Assembly: GCA_964540025.1 (NCBI GenBank)
Contig: CAZIKQ010000001.1
Coordinates: forward strand, 31,260 to 95,259
Direction of reading: 5' to 3'
Source of the DNA: an uncultured Schwartzia sp.
GTDB taxonomy: Bacteria > Bacillota > Negativicutes > Selenomonadales > Selenomonadaceae
Length of the DNA: 64,000 bases
Under the pieces are notes generated by a model. The model was not told where the DNA came from and made no database searches. It saw nothing but the letters and a program-made list of their open reading frames with translations. Position numbers and translations under genes: made by a program. Numbering within the stretch: position 1 is the first letter of the stretch; each line of letters begins with the position of its first letter. Shown in pieces: positions 42,318 through 51,047 of this stretch.

Positions 42318-43787
42318 ATGATCGACAGAAATATTCTGGCCAGAATGCCGGAACAGCAGTGCGCCCCTATTTTCGAAGCGCTGGAGAGGTTCCGCCAGAT
42401 GCGGGTCGTTCCCTTCGACGTTCCCGGCCACAAGCGGGGCCGGGGCAACCCGGAGCTCCGGGACTTCCTGGGGGAGCGCTGTATCGGCATCGACGTAAAC
42501 AGCATGAAGCCCCTGGACAACCTCTGCCATCCGGTTTCCGTTATCCGGCAGGCGGAACAGCTGGCGGCCCAGGCCTTTGGGGCAGCCGATGCCTTCCTGA
42601 TGGTAGGCGGCACCACCAGCGCCGTTCAGTCCATGCTCCTCACCGCCTGCAAGCGGGGCGATGAAATAATCCTGCCCCGGAACGTTCACCGCAGCGTTAT
42701 CAACGCCCTCGTCCTCTGCGGCGCTGTCCCGGTTTACGTCAATCCTCAGGTGGACTGCCGCCTCGGCATCTCCCTGGGCATGAGGCGGGAAGAGGTCGAA
42801 AAGGCCATTGACCAGCACCCCGGCGCCGTGGCCGTTCTGGTAAACAACCCCACCTACTACGGCGTCTGCTCCGACCTCCGGGCCATCGTGGACCTGGCCC
42901 ACCGCCACGGCATGCTCTGCCTGGCCGACGAAGCCCACGGCACCCATTTCTACTTTGGCGATGATCTGCCGGTATCGGCTATGGCCGCCGGGGCCGATAT
43001 GTCGGCGGTGTCAATGCACAAATCCGGCGGCAGCCTCACCCAGTCCAGCTTCCTGCTGGCCGGCCCCGGTGTCCACGCCGGATACGTCCGCCAGATAATC
43101 AACCTTACCCAGACCACCTCCGGCAGCTATCTTTTAATGTCCAGCCTTGACATTTCCCGCCGCAACCTCGCCCTGCGGGGCCGGGAGATTTTCCGTCACG
43201 TCCGGGAACTTGCCATCTACGCCCGGGATGAAATAAACGAAATCGGCGACTACTACGCCTTTGGCCAGGAGCTGCGGGACGGAAACGCCGTCTTTGACTT
43301 TGACTCCACAAAGCTCAGCGTCCATACCCTCGACATCGGCCTGGCGGGAATTGAGGTCTACGACGCCCTCCGGGACGACTACGACATCCAGATCGAATTT
43401 GGGGACCTGGGCAATATCCTCGCCTACCTATCCATCGGCGACCGGATCCAGGAGGTTGAACGGCTGGTCAGCGCCCTGTCGGAGATCCGCCGCCGCTACC
43501 GCCGCTCCCCGTCCGGTATGCTCAGTCAGGAGTACATCGCGCCCGAAGTCGTAACCAGCCCCCAGGATGCATTCTACGCCGAAAAGATCTCCCTTCCCCT
43601 TGAAGAAAGCCTCGGCCGGGTCTGCAGCGAGTTTGTAATGTGCTATCCGCCGGGGATCCCCGTCCTGGCCCCCGGGGAGCGGATCACCCGGGAGATCCTC
43701 AGCTATATCCGCTACGCCCAGGAAAAGGGCTGTCAAATGACGGGGCCCGAGGATCCGGAAATCAATCATATCAACATTTTGAAATAA
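42318..43787 (+). CDS. speA: Orn/Lys/Arg decarboxylase-family PLP enzyme (B. subtilis SpeA-type arginine decarboxylase)
   Basis: The start was moved to ATG 42318 (MIDRNILARMP). The family motifs are FDVPGHKRGRGN and the PLP-lysine context SMHKSGGSLTQSS. It is the first gene of the polyamine operon. The exact substrate (Arg or Lys) is not certain. Confidence 0.8.
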   Translation: MIDRNILARMPEQQCAPIFEALERFRQMRVVPFDVPGHKRGRGNPELRDFLGERCIGIDVNSMKPLDNLCHPVSVIRQAEQLAAQAFGAADAFLMVGGTTSAVQSMLLTACKRGDEIILPRNVHRSVINALVLCGAVPVYVNPQVDCRLGISLGMRREEVEKAIDQHPGAVAVLVNNPTYYGVCSDLRAIVDLAHRHGMLCLADEAHGTHFYFGDDLPVSAMAAGADMSAVSMHKSGGSLTQSSFLLAGPGVHAGYVRQIINLTQTTSGSYLLMSSLDISRRNLALRGREIFRHVRELAIYARDEINEIGDYYAFGQELRDGNAVFDFDSTKLSVHTLDIGLAGIEVYDALRDDYDIQIEFGDLGNILAYLSIGDRIQEVERLVSALSEIRRRYRRSPSGMLSQEYIAPEVVTSPQDAFYAEKISLPLEESLGRVCSEFVMCYPPGIPVLAPGERITREILSYIRYAQEKGCQMTGPEDPEINHINILK

Positions 43788-43824
43788 ACTGCCGCGATGG
43801 TTTTCGCGAGAATATTTGGAGGTA

Positions 43825-44697
43825 ATGACTGTGGAAGTCTGGTTCAGCGAGTACCACACTCCGGACGTAAAGCTCACCCTGCGGGTAAACAGCCAGCTGT
43901 ACTCCGGGCAGAGCAGCTATCAGCACATCGACGTTTTCGATACCCCGGAATTCGGCCGGGTTCTGGCCCTTGACGGCAATATAATGCTTACGGAGCGGGA
44001 TGAATTTGTCTACGATGAAATGATCACCCACGTTCCCATGGCCGTTCATCCCAGCATCTCCACCGTCCTGGTCATCGGGGCCGGCGACGGCGGCGTCGTC
44101 CGGGAGCTTACCCGCTACGACCAGATCACCCAGATCGATCTGGTGGAAATGGATCCCGACGTCATCGAGGTCTGCCGCCGTTTCCTGCCGGGTAATGCCA
44201 GCCGCCTTGATGACCGCCGGGTTCACCTGTATTACGAGCACGCCCTGAAATTCATCCGCCGCTGTGAAAACCTTTACGACCTTATAATCGTAGACTCCAA
44301 CGACCCCTTTGGCCCCTCGGAGGGCCTTTTCACCCGGGAGTTCTACGGCAACTGCTTCAAGGCCCTGAAGGAGGACGGCATCATGGTGAACCAGCAGGGC
44401 AGTCCCTTCTACAAGGAGGACGCCGACGCCATGCAGCGCAGCCACAAGCGCATCGTCAGCACCTTCCCCATCTCCCGGGTCTATCAGGCCCATATCCCCA
44501 CCTACGCCGCCGGCTACTGGCTCTTCGGTTTTGCCAGCAAGAAATACCATCCCGTCGACGACTTGGACGTGGAGCGCTGGAACAAATACAACCTCCGCAC
44601 CCGGTACTATACCCCCCGGCTCCATCGGGGAGCCTTTTACCTCCCCGCCTTCCTGGAGGAAATGCTCGTGGAGGTGGAACAGGATGCTGCCCAGTAA
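43825..44697 (+). CDS. speE: polyamine aminopropyltransferase (spermidine synthase family)
   Basis: VWFSEYHTPDVKLTLRV...YQHIDVFDTPEFGRVLALDGNIMLTERDEFVYDEMITHV...VLVIGAGDGGVVRE is a canonical SpeE sequence. The start is ambiguous (ATG 43825 or GTG 43831). Confidence 0.9.
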   Translation: MTVEVWFSEYHTPDVKLTLRVNSQLYSGQSSYQHIDVFDTPEFGRVLALDGNIMLTERDEFVYDEMITHVPMAVHPSISTVLVIGAGDGGVVRELTRYDQITQIDLVEMDPDVIEVCRRFLPGNASRLDDRRVHLYYEHALKFIRRCENLYDLIIVDSNDPFGPSEGLFTREFYGNCFKALKEDGIMVNQQGSPFYKEDADAMQRSHKRIVSTFPISRVYQAHIPTYAAGYWLFGFASKKYHPVDDLDVERWNKYNLRTRYYTPRLHRGAFYLPAFLEEMLVEVEQDAAQ

Positions 44698-45589
44698 CAT
44701 CGAAACCTTCATCGCCTGTGACGCCCCCTACCAGAAAGCGCAGCTGGTCATCTACGGCGCCCCCTTTGATTCCACCACCAGCTACCGTCCCGGAGCCCGG
44801 TTCGGCCCCTCCGCCATCCGGCACGAGAGCTTCGGACTGGAAACCTACAGCCCGTATAAGGACAAGGACCTCGCCGACTACAGAATCTTTGACTCCGGGG
44901 ACCTGGAGCTGTGCTTCGGCAATAGCGAAGCCGCCCTCAACGACATTGAGCGGCGGGCCGGCATCATCATGAATGACGGCAAATTCCCCCTGCTGGTGGG
45001 GGGCGAGCATCTGGTGACCCTTCCGGCGGTGCGGGCCGCCCTGAAACGATATCCCGATCTGCACATCATTCACTTTGATGCCCATACGGACCTGCGGGAT
45101 GACTATCTGGGGGCAAAGCTCAGCCACGCCTGCGTCCTCCGCCGCTGCCACGACCTTATCGGGGACGGCCGGATCCACCAGTTCTGCATCAGAAGCGGCG
45201 AACGGGATGAGTTTCGGTTTGCCAAGCTCCACACTGACCTGCATAAGTTTGATTTCACCGGCTTGGAAGAGACTGCGGCCCGGCTGAAGGAGTCCGGCGT
45301 TCCCGTCTACTTCACCATCGATCTGGACTGCCTTGATCCCGCCTGCTTCCCCGGTACCGGAACGCCGGAAGCCGGCGGCGTCACCTTCACCCAGCTGCTG
45401 AAAGCCATCGACGCGGTAACCGCCGCCAACGTCATCGCCGCCGACATAAACGAGCTGGCTCCCGGCCTTGACCAGTCCGGAGCCTCAACGGCCCTGGCCT
45501 GCAAGGTCCTCCGGGAGCTGATGCTGGCAATACTATCGCATAATGCCTCCCCTGTAGGGGAGGTGGCACCAAAGGTGCCGGAAGGGTGA
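44684..45589 (+). CDS. speB: agmatinase / ureohydrolase
   Basis: The start was moved to ATG 44684, which overlaps the speE end. The arginase-fold Mn motifs are IHFDAHTDL, DLDCLDP and TPEAGG. The last ~15 codons are supplied by a REP-like element. Confidence 0.88.
   Translation: MLPSNIETFIACDAPYQKAQLVIYGAPFDSTTSYRPGARFGPSAIRHESFGLETYSPYKDKDLADYRIFDSGDLELCFGNSEAALNDIERRAGIIMNDGKFPLLVGGEHLVTLPAVRAALKRYPDLHIIHFDAHTDLRDDYLGAKLSHACVLRRCHDLIGDGRIHQFCIRSGERDEFRFAKLHTDLHKFDFTGLEETAARLKESGVPVYFTIDLDCLDPACFPGTGTPEAGGVTFTQLLKAIDAVTAANVIAADINELAPGLDQSGASTALACKVLRELMLAILSHNASPVGEVAPKVPEG
45546..45580. repeat. REP-like palindromes (family copy R3) inside the speB 3' end
   Basis: CCTCCCCTGTAGGGGAGG (45546-45563) and GGCACCAAAGGTGCC (45565-45579). 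They are translated as ...NASPVGEVAPKVPEG before the stop at 45587-45589. Confidence 0.75.
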
Positions 45590-45634
45590 AATGGACAAAC
45601 TAAAGTACAATAAAAAAGGAGAATGGATATAACT

Positions 45635-46894
45635 ATGAGCAAAGTTCTTATCATCGGCTGCGGCGGCGTTGCCTCCGTTGCCATCAGCAAATGCTGTCAG
45701 GTCAGCGACGTATTCACCCACATCTGCATCGCCAGCCGGACCGTATCTAAATGCGAAGCCTTGGCGGCCAGGCTGGCCCCCGCCACAAAGACGAAGATTA
45801 CCACCCGCCGGGTGGACGCGGACAAGGCAGAGGAACTGATTGCCCTCATTGAGGACTACCAGCCGGATCTCGTCATGAACATTGCCCTGCCCTACCAGGA
45901 TCTTACCATTATGGACGCCTGTCTCGCCACCGGCGTAAACTATCTGGATACGGCAAACTATGAGCCGGAGGATATCACCGACCCGGTCTGGCGGGCCAGC
46001 TACGAAAAACGCTGCCGGGAAAAGGGATTCTCTGCCTACTTCGACTATTCCTGGCAGTGGGCCTATCAGGAGAAGTTCAAGGCCGCCGGTCTCACCGCCC
46101 TCTTAGGCTCCGGCTTTGACCCCGGCGTGACTCAGGCCTACTGCGCTTACGCCGCCAAGCATGAATTTGACGCCATTGACACCATCGACATTCTGGACTG
46201 CAACGGCGGCGACCACGGCTATCCCTTTGCCACAAATTTCAACCCCGAGATCAATCTCCGGGAAGTATCCGCCCCGGGAAGCTACTGGGAAGACGGCCGC
46301 TGGGTGGAAATCCCCCCCATGACGATCAAACGGGTCTACGACTTCGATCAGGTTGGCCAAAAGGATATGTACCTCCTTCACCACGAGGAAATCGAATCCC
46401 TGGCCAGGAATCTGCCGGAGGTAAAGCGCATCCGCTTCTTCATGACCTTTGGCCAGTCCTATCTGACTCACATGAAATGCCTTGAAAACGTGGGGATGCT
46501 CAGCACCGAAGCAATCGATTTTGAAGGTCAGAAAATCGTTCCCATCCAGTTCCTGAAAGCCCTGCTGCCGGACCCGGCCAGCCTCGGCCCCCGCACTAAA
46601 GGCAAGACCAACATCGGCTGCATCTTCACCGGCACCAAAGACGGCCGGAAAAAGACCTACTACATCTACAACGTCTGCGACCATCAGGAATGCTACCGGG
46701 AAGTCGGCAGCCAGGCCATCTCCTACACTACCGGCGTACCGGCCATGTGCGGCGCCCTCATGATGCTCACCGGCCAGTGGACCCTTCCCGGCGTCCACAC
46801 CGTGGAGGAATTTGATCCTGATCCCTTTTTGGCCGCCCTTGACAGGTACGGCCTGCCCCGCTGGGAAAATCGTGACCCGGTACTGGTGGACTGA
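45635..46894 (+). CDS. carboxy(nor)spermidine synthase/dehydrogenase (saccharopine dehydrogenase family)
   Basis: MSKVLIIGCGGVASVAISKCCQ...ICIASRTVSKCEAL gives the Rossmann N-terminus and the ~420-aa length typical of CASDH/CANSDH. Confidence 0.85.
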   Translation: MSKVLIIGCGGVASVAISKCCQVSDVFTHICIASRTVSKCEALAARLAPATKTKITTRRVDADKAEELIALIEDYQPDLVMNIALPYQDLTIMDACLATGVNYLDTANYEPEDITDPVWRASYEKRCREKGFSAYFDYSWQWAYQEKFKAAGLTALLGSGFDPGVTQAYCAYAAKHEFDAIDTIDILDCNGGDHGYPFATNFNPEINLREVSAPGSYWEDGRWVEIPPMTIKRVYDFDQVGQKDMYLLHHEEIESLARNLPEVKRIRFFMTFGQSYLTHMKCLENVGMLSTEAIDFEGQKIVPIQFLKALLPDPASLGPRTKGKTNIGCIFTGTKDGRKKTYYIYNVCDHQECYREVGSQAISYTTGVPAMCGALMMLTGQWTLPGVHTVEEFDPDPFLAALDRYGLPRWENRDPVLVD

Positions 46895-46934
46895 AAAAGT
46901 AACTTCGGTGGTAATGGCTGTCATCTCTATCAAG

Positions 46935-47075
46935 CCACCTTTCAAAGAGCCTCCCCTAGAGGGGAGGTGGCCGGAAGCCGGAGGGGTTAAAAGAAAAGTC
47001 GAGTTGGCTTTCTGTACCCCTCAGTCAGCTTCGCTGACAGCTCCCCTGGAGGGGAGCCTATTAGACGGATTATAT
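46935..47075. repeat. REP/MITE-like element (family copy R4) between the CASDH and nspC genes
   Basis: CCTCCCCTAGAGGGGAGGTGGCCGGAAGCCGGAGGGG ... CCCCTCAGTCAGCTTCGCTGACAGCTCCCCTGGAGGGGAGCCTATTAGACGGATTATATG. The last part matches R1 (GGAGCCTATTAGCCAGATTATATG). Confidence 0.8.
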
Positions 47076-47086
47076 GAGGAACAACA

Positions 47087-48394
47087 ATGCGCCCACCTTT
47101 TACCGGCCTCAGCGGCTATGACCTCAAGGAGTTATTCTCCGGGTCAAACCTCCCTACCCCCTGCTACATCATCGACGAAGCCCGCCTGAAGGCCAATGGA
47201 AAAAAACTGGCCGCCATCCGAAAAGCCGCCGGCTGTAAAATTCTCCTGGCCCAAAAAGCCTTCGCCAATTACGACCTTTATCCGGCCCTGGCCCCCTATC
47301 TTGACGGAACGGAAGCCAGCGGTCTGTACGAGGCCCGGCTGGGCCGGGAAGAAATGCCCCAAAAGGAAGTTCACGTCTTTTGCGGAGCCTACCAACCGCA
47401 GGATTTCCCGGAAATCTTAGACTATGCCGGCCACATCGTCTTTAACTCCGTTCATCAGCTGGCGAAATACGGCCCCGCCGCCAAAGCCGCGGGAAAAAGC
47501 GTCGGCCTGCGGATAAATCCCCGTTGCTCCACCCAGAAAGGTCATGCCATATACGACCCCTGCGCTCCCGGCAGCCGCCTGGGCACTCCCCGCAGCGCCT
47601 GGGAGGCGGAAATGCCCCCGGAGCTGCTGAACATCCTTGACGGGCTCCACAGCCATACCCTCTGCCAGCAGAACTCCCCGGATCTGGCGGAAACCGTCAG
47701 GGCCATTGAAGAACAATTCGAGGACATTCTTCCCCGGCTGAAATGGCTGAACCTCGGCGGCGGCCACCATATTACCCGCCCCGGCTACGACGATGGAACC
47801 CTTATCAAAACCATCCACTATCTCAAAGGCAAATACGGCTTCACCGTCTATTTGGAACCGGGGGAAGCCTGCGCCCTCAATGCCGGTTATCTCGTTACCG
47901 AAGTGCTGGACGTACTAAGGGAAAACTCCTTTCCCCCGGAAGAGGGAAGCGTTGCCCGCAAAGCTGGCTGCCGGACGATTACGCCGGTGATCGTGGACGT
48001 CTCTGCCGCCTGCCATCTGCCGGATGTTATCGAAATGCCCTACCGTCCTCCCCTCCTGGACGCGGTTTCGCTGGAACCGGCCATTGCCGAACCGGAAACC
48101 TTCGGCCACGATCACGCCGAAGCGGCAAAAAATATTTCTGCCCCTCCCTTTGCTTACCGTCTGGGCGGCCCCACCTGCCTAGCGGGAGACATCATCGGCG
48201 ACTACGGTTTCCGACGATCTCTGAAAGCGGGTGACCGGTTGGTTTTTGGCAATATGGCCATCTACACCACCTGCAAGAACAACACCTTCAACGGGATGCC
48301 CCTTCCCGCCATCTACAAGCTCAGCGAAGGCGGCTCCCTCACTCTTCTGAAATCCTTCGGCTATTCCGATTTCAAAAGCCGCCTGGGAAAATAA
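47087..48394 (+). CDS. nspC: carboxy(nor)spermidine decarboxylase
   Basis: 435 aa. LPTPCYIIDEARLKANGKKLAAIRKAAGCKILLAQKAF and the C-terminal YRLGGPTCLAGDIIGDY fit the NspC/alanine-racemase-fold decarboxylase family. It is longer than usual (about two short insertions). Confidence 0.85.
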   Translation: MRPPFTGLSGYDLKELFSGSNLPTPCYIIDEARLKANGKKLAAIRKAAGCKILLAQKAFANYDLYPALAPYLDGTEASGLYEARLGREEMPQKEVHVFCGAYQPQDFPEILDYAGHIVFNSVHQLAKYGPAAKAAGKSVGLRINPRCSTQKGHAIYDPCAPGSRLGTPRSAWEAEMPPELLNILDGLHSHTLCQQNSPDLAETVRAIEEQFEDILPRLKWLNLGGGHHITRPGYDDGTLIKTIHYLKGKYGFTVYLEPGEACALNAGYLVTEVLDVLRENSFPPEEGSVARKAGCRTITPVIVDVSAACHLPDVIEMPYRPPLLDAVSLEPAIAEPETFGHDHAEAAKNISAPPFAYRLGGPTCLAGDIIGDYGFRRSLKAGDRLVFGNMAIYTTCKNNTFNGMPLPAIYKLSEGGSLTLLKSFGYSDFKSRLGK

Positions 48395-48485
48395 ATTGCA
48401 AATGAAAAGCAATAGTTTAAGTATTGTTATAGAATACAGCTTTGCAAGAGGAAAGGCTTTTGAGAGAGTTGTTGAGGAGACTGAC

Positions 48486-48812
48486 ATGAACAACACACAA
48501 TGGTTCAAACTGGAAATCTTCATACCCGCCTCCCACTTGGACGCTGTCAAAGCTGCCCTGCAGGAGGTCGATGCCGGGCATATCGGCAACTACGACAGCT
48601 GCCTCGCCTGCTCTACCGTCAGGAGCACCTGGCGCCCGCTGGCTGGAGCCAGGCCATATACCGGCACACCGGGAACAGTCAGCGAGGAAGTGGAAATCAA
48701 GGTTGAAGTAAATGTGAAGCGCGATTCGTTAAATGATACGGTGGCAGCTATACGGCGTGTCCACCCCTATGAGGAACCGCTTATCAATGTGATACCTCTA
48801 CACACGGTGTAA
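48486..48812 (+). CDS. small protein resembling the PII-like insert domain of NIF3/YqfO proteins
   Basis: The start was moved to ATG 48486 (RBS GAGGAG). The 108-aa product reads MNNTQWFKLEIFIPASHLDAVKAALQEVDAGHIGNYDSC...RVHPYEEPLINVIPL. This pattern recalls stand-alone YqfO-insert-like proteins. Tentative. Confidence 0.5.
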   Translation: MNNTQWFKLEIFIPASHLDAVKAALQEVDAGHIGNYDSCLACSTVRSTWRPLAGARPYTGTPGTVSEEVEIKVEVNVKRDSLNDTVAAIRRVHPYEEPLINVIPLHTV

Positions 48813-48971
48813 AATCCATCGGTAAATCCATGATGTGAAGGAAGGGAATTTTAATAATTGTAAATTGCAATGACAAATTGATTATACAATTTACCTGGGA
48901 AAATAAGTTTTCTTCTTTTCTAAAAAAGTCTTGCTTTTCCCCGCAACCCATGATAAAATTACTTTCGTTGT

Positions 48972-49048
48972 CGGGATGTGGCGCAGTTTGGTAGCGCGCA
49001 TCGTTCGGGACGATGAGGCCGCAGGTTCGAACCCTGTCATCCCGACCA
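48972..49048 (+). tRNA. tRNA-Pro (anticodon CGG)
   Basis: 77 nt. Acceptor stem CGGGATG/CATCCCG, D-arm GCGC-AGTTTGGTA-GCGC, anticodon stem CATCG/CGATG with loop TTCGGGA (CGG), T-arm GCAGG-TTCGAAC-CCTGT, discriminator A and an encoded CCA. Confidence 0.9.
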
Positions 49049-49059
49049 TTTTGAAAGAC

Positions 49060-49087
49060 ACCGCTGATTTTATCAGCGGTTTTTTTG
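49060..49087 (+). terminator. terminator after tRNA-Pro
   Basis: ACCGCTGAT-TTT-ATCAGCGGT followed by TTTTTT. Confidence 0.65.
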
Positions 49088-49101
49088 CGTCCAAAAATGG
49101 T

Positions 49102-49151
49102 AAAAAGCAGGTCGCTCCTGTGTCAATGGCACAGGAGCGACCTGCTTTTTT
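49102..49151. terminator. bidirectional terminator (serves ribF on the minus strand)
   Basis: 16-bp stem GCAGGTCGCTCCTGTG (49107-49122) / CACAGGAGCGACCTGC (49130-49145), flanked by A5 and T6. Confidence 0.7.
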
Positions 49152-50100
49152 ACTTCAATATTTCCTTTGCCCGGAGCTTGTCCTGCTCCAGCTGTGCTTT
49201 CAATTCCTCAAAGGAGGTAAACCTTCGTTCCGCCCGCAATCTGTCCACGAAGCTGACCTGAAGATTTTTGCCGTATATGTCGCCGGCAAAATCCAGCAGA
49301 TGGACCTCCAGCCGCCTTTCCCGGCCGCCGGCGGTGGGCTTGCTGGTTATGGCCGCCATCCCCGGCAGCCTGCCGTTTTCTCCGGCTATGGCGGCGTAGA
49401 CGGCGTAGGCTCCATTAGCCGGAACCGCCAGCTTTTCCTCCAGGGCGAGATTGGCTGTAGGAAAGCCGATGGCTCTCCCCTGCTGATCCCCATGGACAAC
49501 GCTGCCCTCCATAGTAAAGGGACGGCCCAAAAGAAAGGCGGCTTCCAGAACCTTTCCCCCCTGAACCGCCTGACGGATCCGCGTACTGCTGACCACAGCC
49601 CCATCCTCCGTACAAATCAGCGGCACCTTTACCACCTGACAGGCCTGCCCGGTCAGACCTGCCGACACCTCAGCCGCACAGCTGGCCAGGGTGTCGGCAG
49701 TTCCCCGGCCGCCAGCCCCAAAGGTAAAGTTTCCCCCCACCAGGATGACCCGAGGGCGAAGGGCTTTCAGGAGATCCTTCACAAAAGACTCCGGCGGCTG
49801 GTGGGCCAGCTGACTGGTGAACTTAAGCTCGAGCAGAAAATCAATCCCCTGCTCCCCCAGCAATTTGCGGCGCTCCGCCGGGCTGACCAGCTGAGGAGGC
49901 TCCTGCTCCGGGGCGATCACCGACAGAGGGTGATTGGCAAAGGTGACGATCCCTACGGGTCTTATCCCGGAGGCCAGCGCACCATAAATAATTTTCCGGT
50001 GACCCACATGAAGTCCGTCAAAGGTTCCCAGGGCGATGGCGCCGCCGTAGCAGCTGCTCTCCATCTCAGCAAACGAATTATATATTTTCATCTTCACCAT
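49150..50100 (-). CDS. ribF: bifunctional riboflavin kinase / FMN adenylyltransferase
   Basis: 316 aa with the FAD synthetase N-domain (IALGTFDGLHVGHRKII) and the riboflavin kinase C-domain (GFPTANL...LEVHLLDF). Confidence 0.9.
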   Translation of the reverse strand: MVKMKIYNSFAEMESSCYGGAIALGTFDGLHVGHRKIIYGALASGIRPVGIVTFANHPLSVIAPEQEPPQLVSPAERRKLLGEQGIDFLLELKFTSQLAHQPPESFVKDLLKALRPRVILVGGNFTFGAGGRGTADTLASCAAEVSAGLTGQACQVVKVPLICTEDGAVVSSTRIRQAVQGGKVLEAAFLLGRPFTMEGSVVHGDQQGRAIGFPTANLALEEKLAVPANGAYAVYAAIAGENGRLPGMAAITSKPTAGGRERRLEVHLLDFAGDIYGKNLQVSFVDRLRAERRFTSFEELKAQLEQDKLRAKEILK

Positions 50101-51047
50101 ACGTACAGCTTCTCCGGATAAACAGATTCCTTTTCCCCGTCAAACCGGCCGATACCGCAAAAGCGGCCCTCACACCAGACGGTAAGGAGCAGGGATTCTT
50201 CTTCCCCTTTCATCAGCCCGACCTCTCTGAGGCGAACGGCATAGCCTGCATCCCGGGTGGAAAGGCCATTGGTAAAGGCTTTTTTTCTGGCCGCGGTCAG
50301 GTCATATCTGGGCAAATGACCAAGGTAATTTCCCGGGTTCAGAATCGGCAGGGCCGTAAAATCTTTTTCGGCGGTGTCCGCCAGCTCCTCCAGGGAAACA
50401 GCTTCCTTCAGCGGGAACTCTCCCACCCTCGTCCGCACCAGGAAAGACATGGTGGCCGGGATGCCCAGGGCCCTGCCCAAATCCGTGCAAAGGCTTCTGA
50501 TATAAGTTCCCTTGGAGCAGTCCACATCCAGCAGCAGGGTCTTCCGTTTCCTGTCCGACTCCAGCAAATCGAAGCGGTAAATTTCTACCTGCCGGGAAGG
50601 AATGACGACCGCTTTATTTTCCCGGGCAAGATCCGCCGCCCGTCTGCCGCCGATTTTAACGGCTGAATACACCGGCGGCACCTGAGTTATCCGGCCGGTG
50701 AAGCTGTTTATTCCGGCCAGAATTTTCTCCCGGGAGGGAAATTCCCATCCCTCCGCCGCCCAGTTCACCACCCGGCCGGTATCATCGCCGCTGTCGGTTT
50801 CTACCCCGAACAGCAGCTCCGCCCGATAGGATTTTCCCACCGCGGCCAGATATTCGATGAACCGGGTGGCCCGGCCTGCGGCTATCGGCAAAACGCCGGC
50901 TGCTCCCGGATCGAGAGTGCCGGCGTGGCCGATCTTTTTTGTTTTGAGAATTCTCCGCAGACTGCCCACCACGTCGTGAGAGGTCATTCCCGGGGGCTTC
51001 AGAACATTGAGAAAGCCATCAAGGGCAAATTCTGGAATTTTACCCAT
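50094..51047 (-). CDS. truB: tRNA pseudouridine(55) synthase
   Basis: GFLNVLKPPGMTSHDVV...KIGHAGTLDPGAAGVLPI carries the TruB catalytic Asp motif. It overlaps ribF by 7 nt. Confidence 0.9.
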   Translation of the reverse strand: MGKIPEFALDGFLNVLKPPGMTSHDVVGSLRRILKTKKIGHAGTLDPGAAGVLPIAAGRATRFIEYLAAVGKSYRAELLFGVETDSGDDTGRVVNWAAEGWEFPSREKILAGINSFTGRITQVPPVYSAVKIGGRRAADLARENKAVVIPSRQVEIYRFDLLESDRKRKTLLLDVDCSKGTYIRSLCTDLGRALGIPATMSFLVRTRVGEFPLKEAVSLEELADTAEKDFTALPILNPGNYLGHLPRYDLTAARKKAFTNGLSTRDAGYAVRLREVGLMKGEEESLLLTVWCEGRFCGIGRFDGEKESVYPEKLYVW

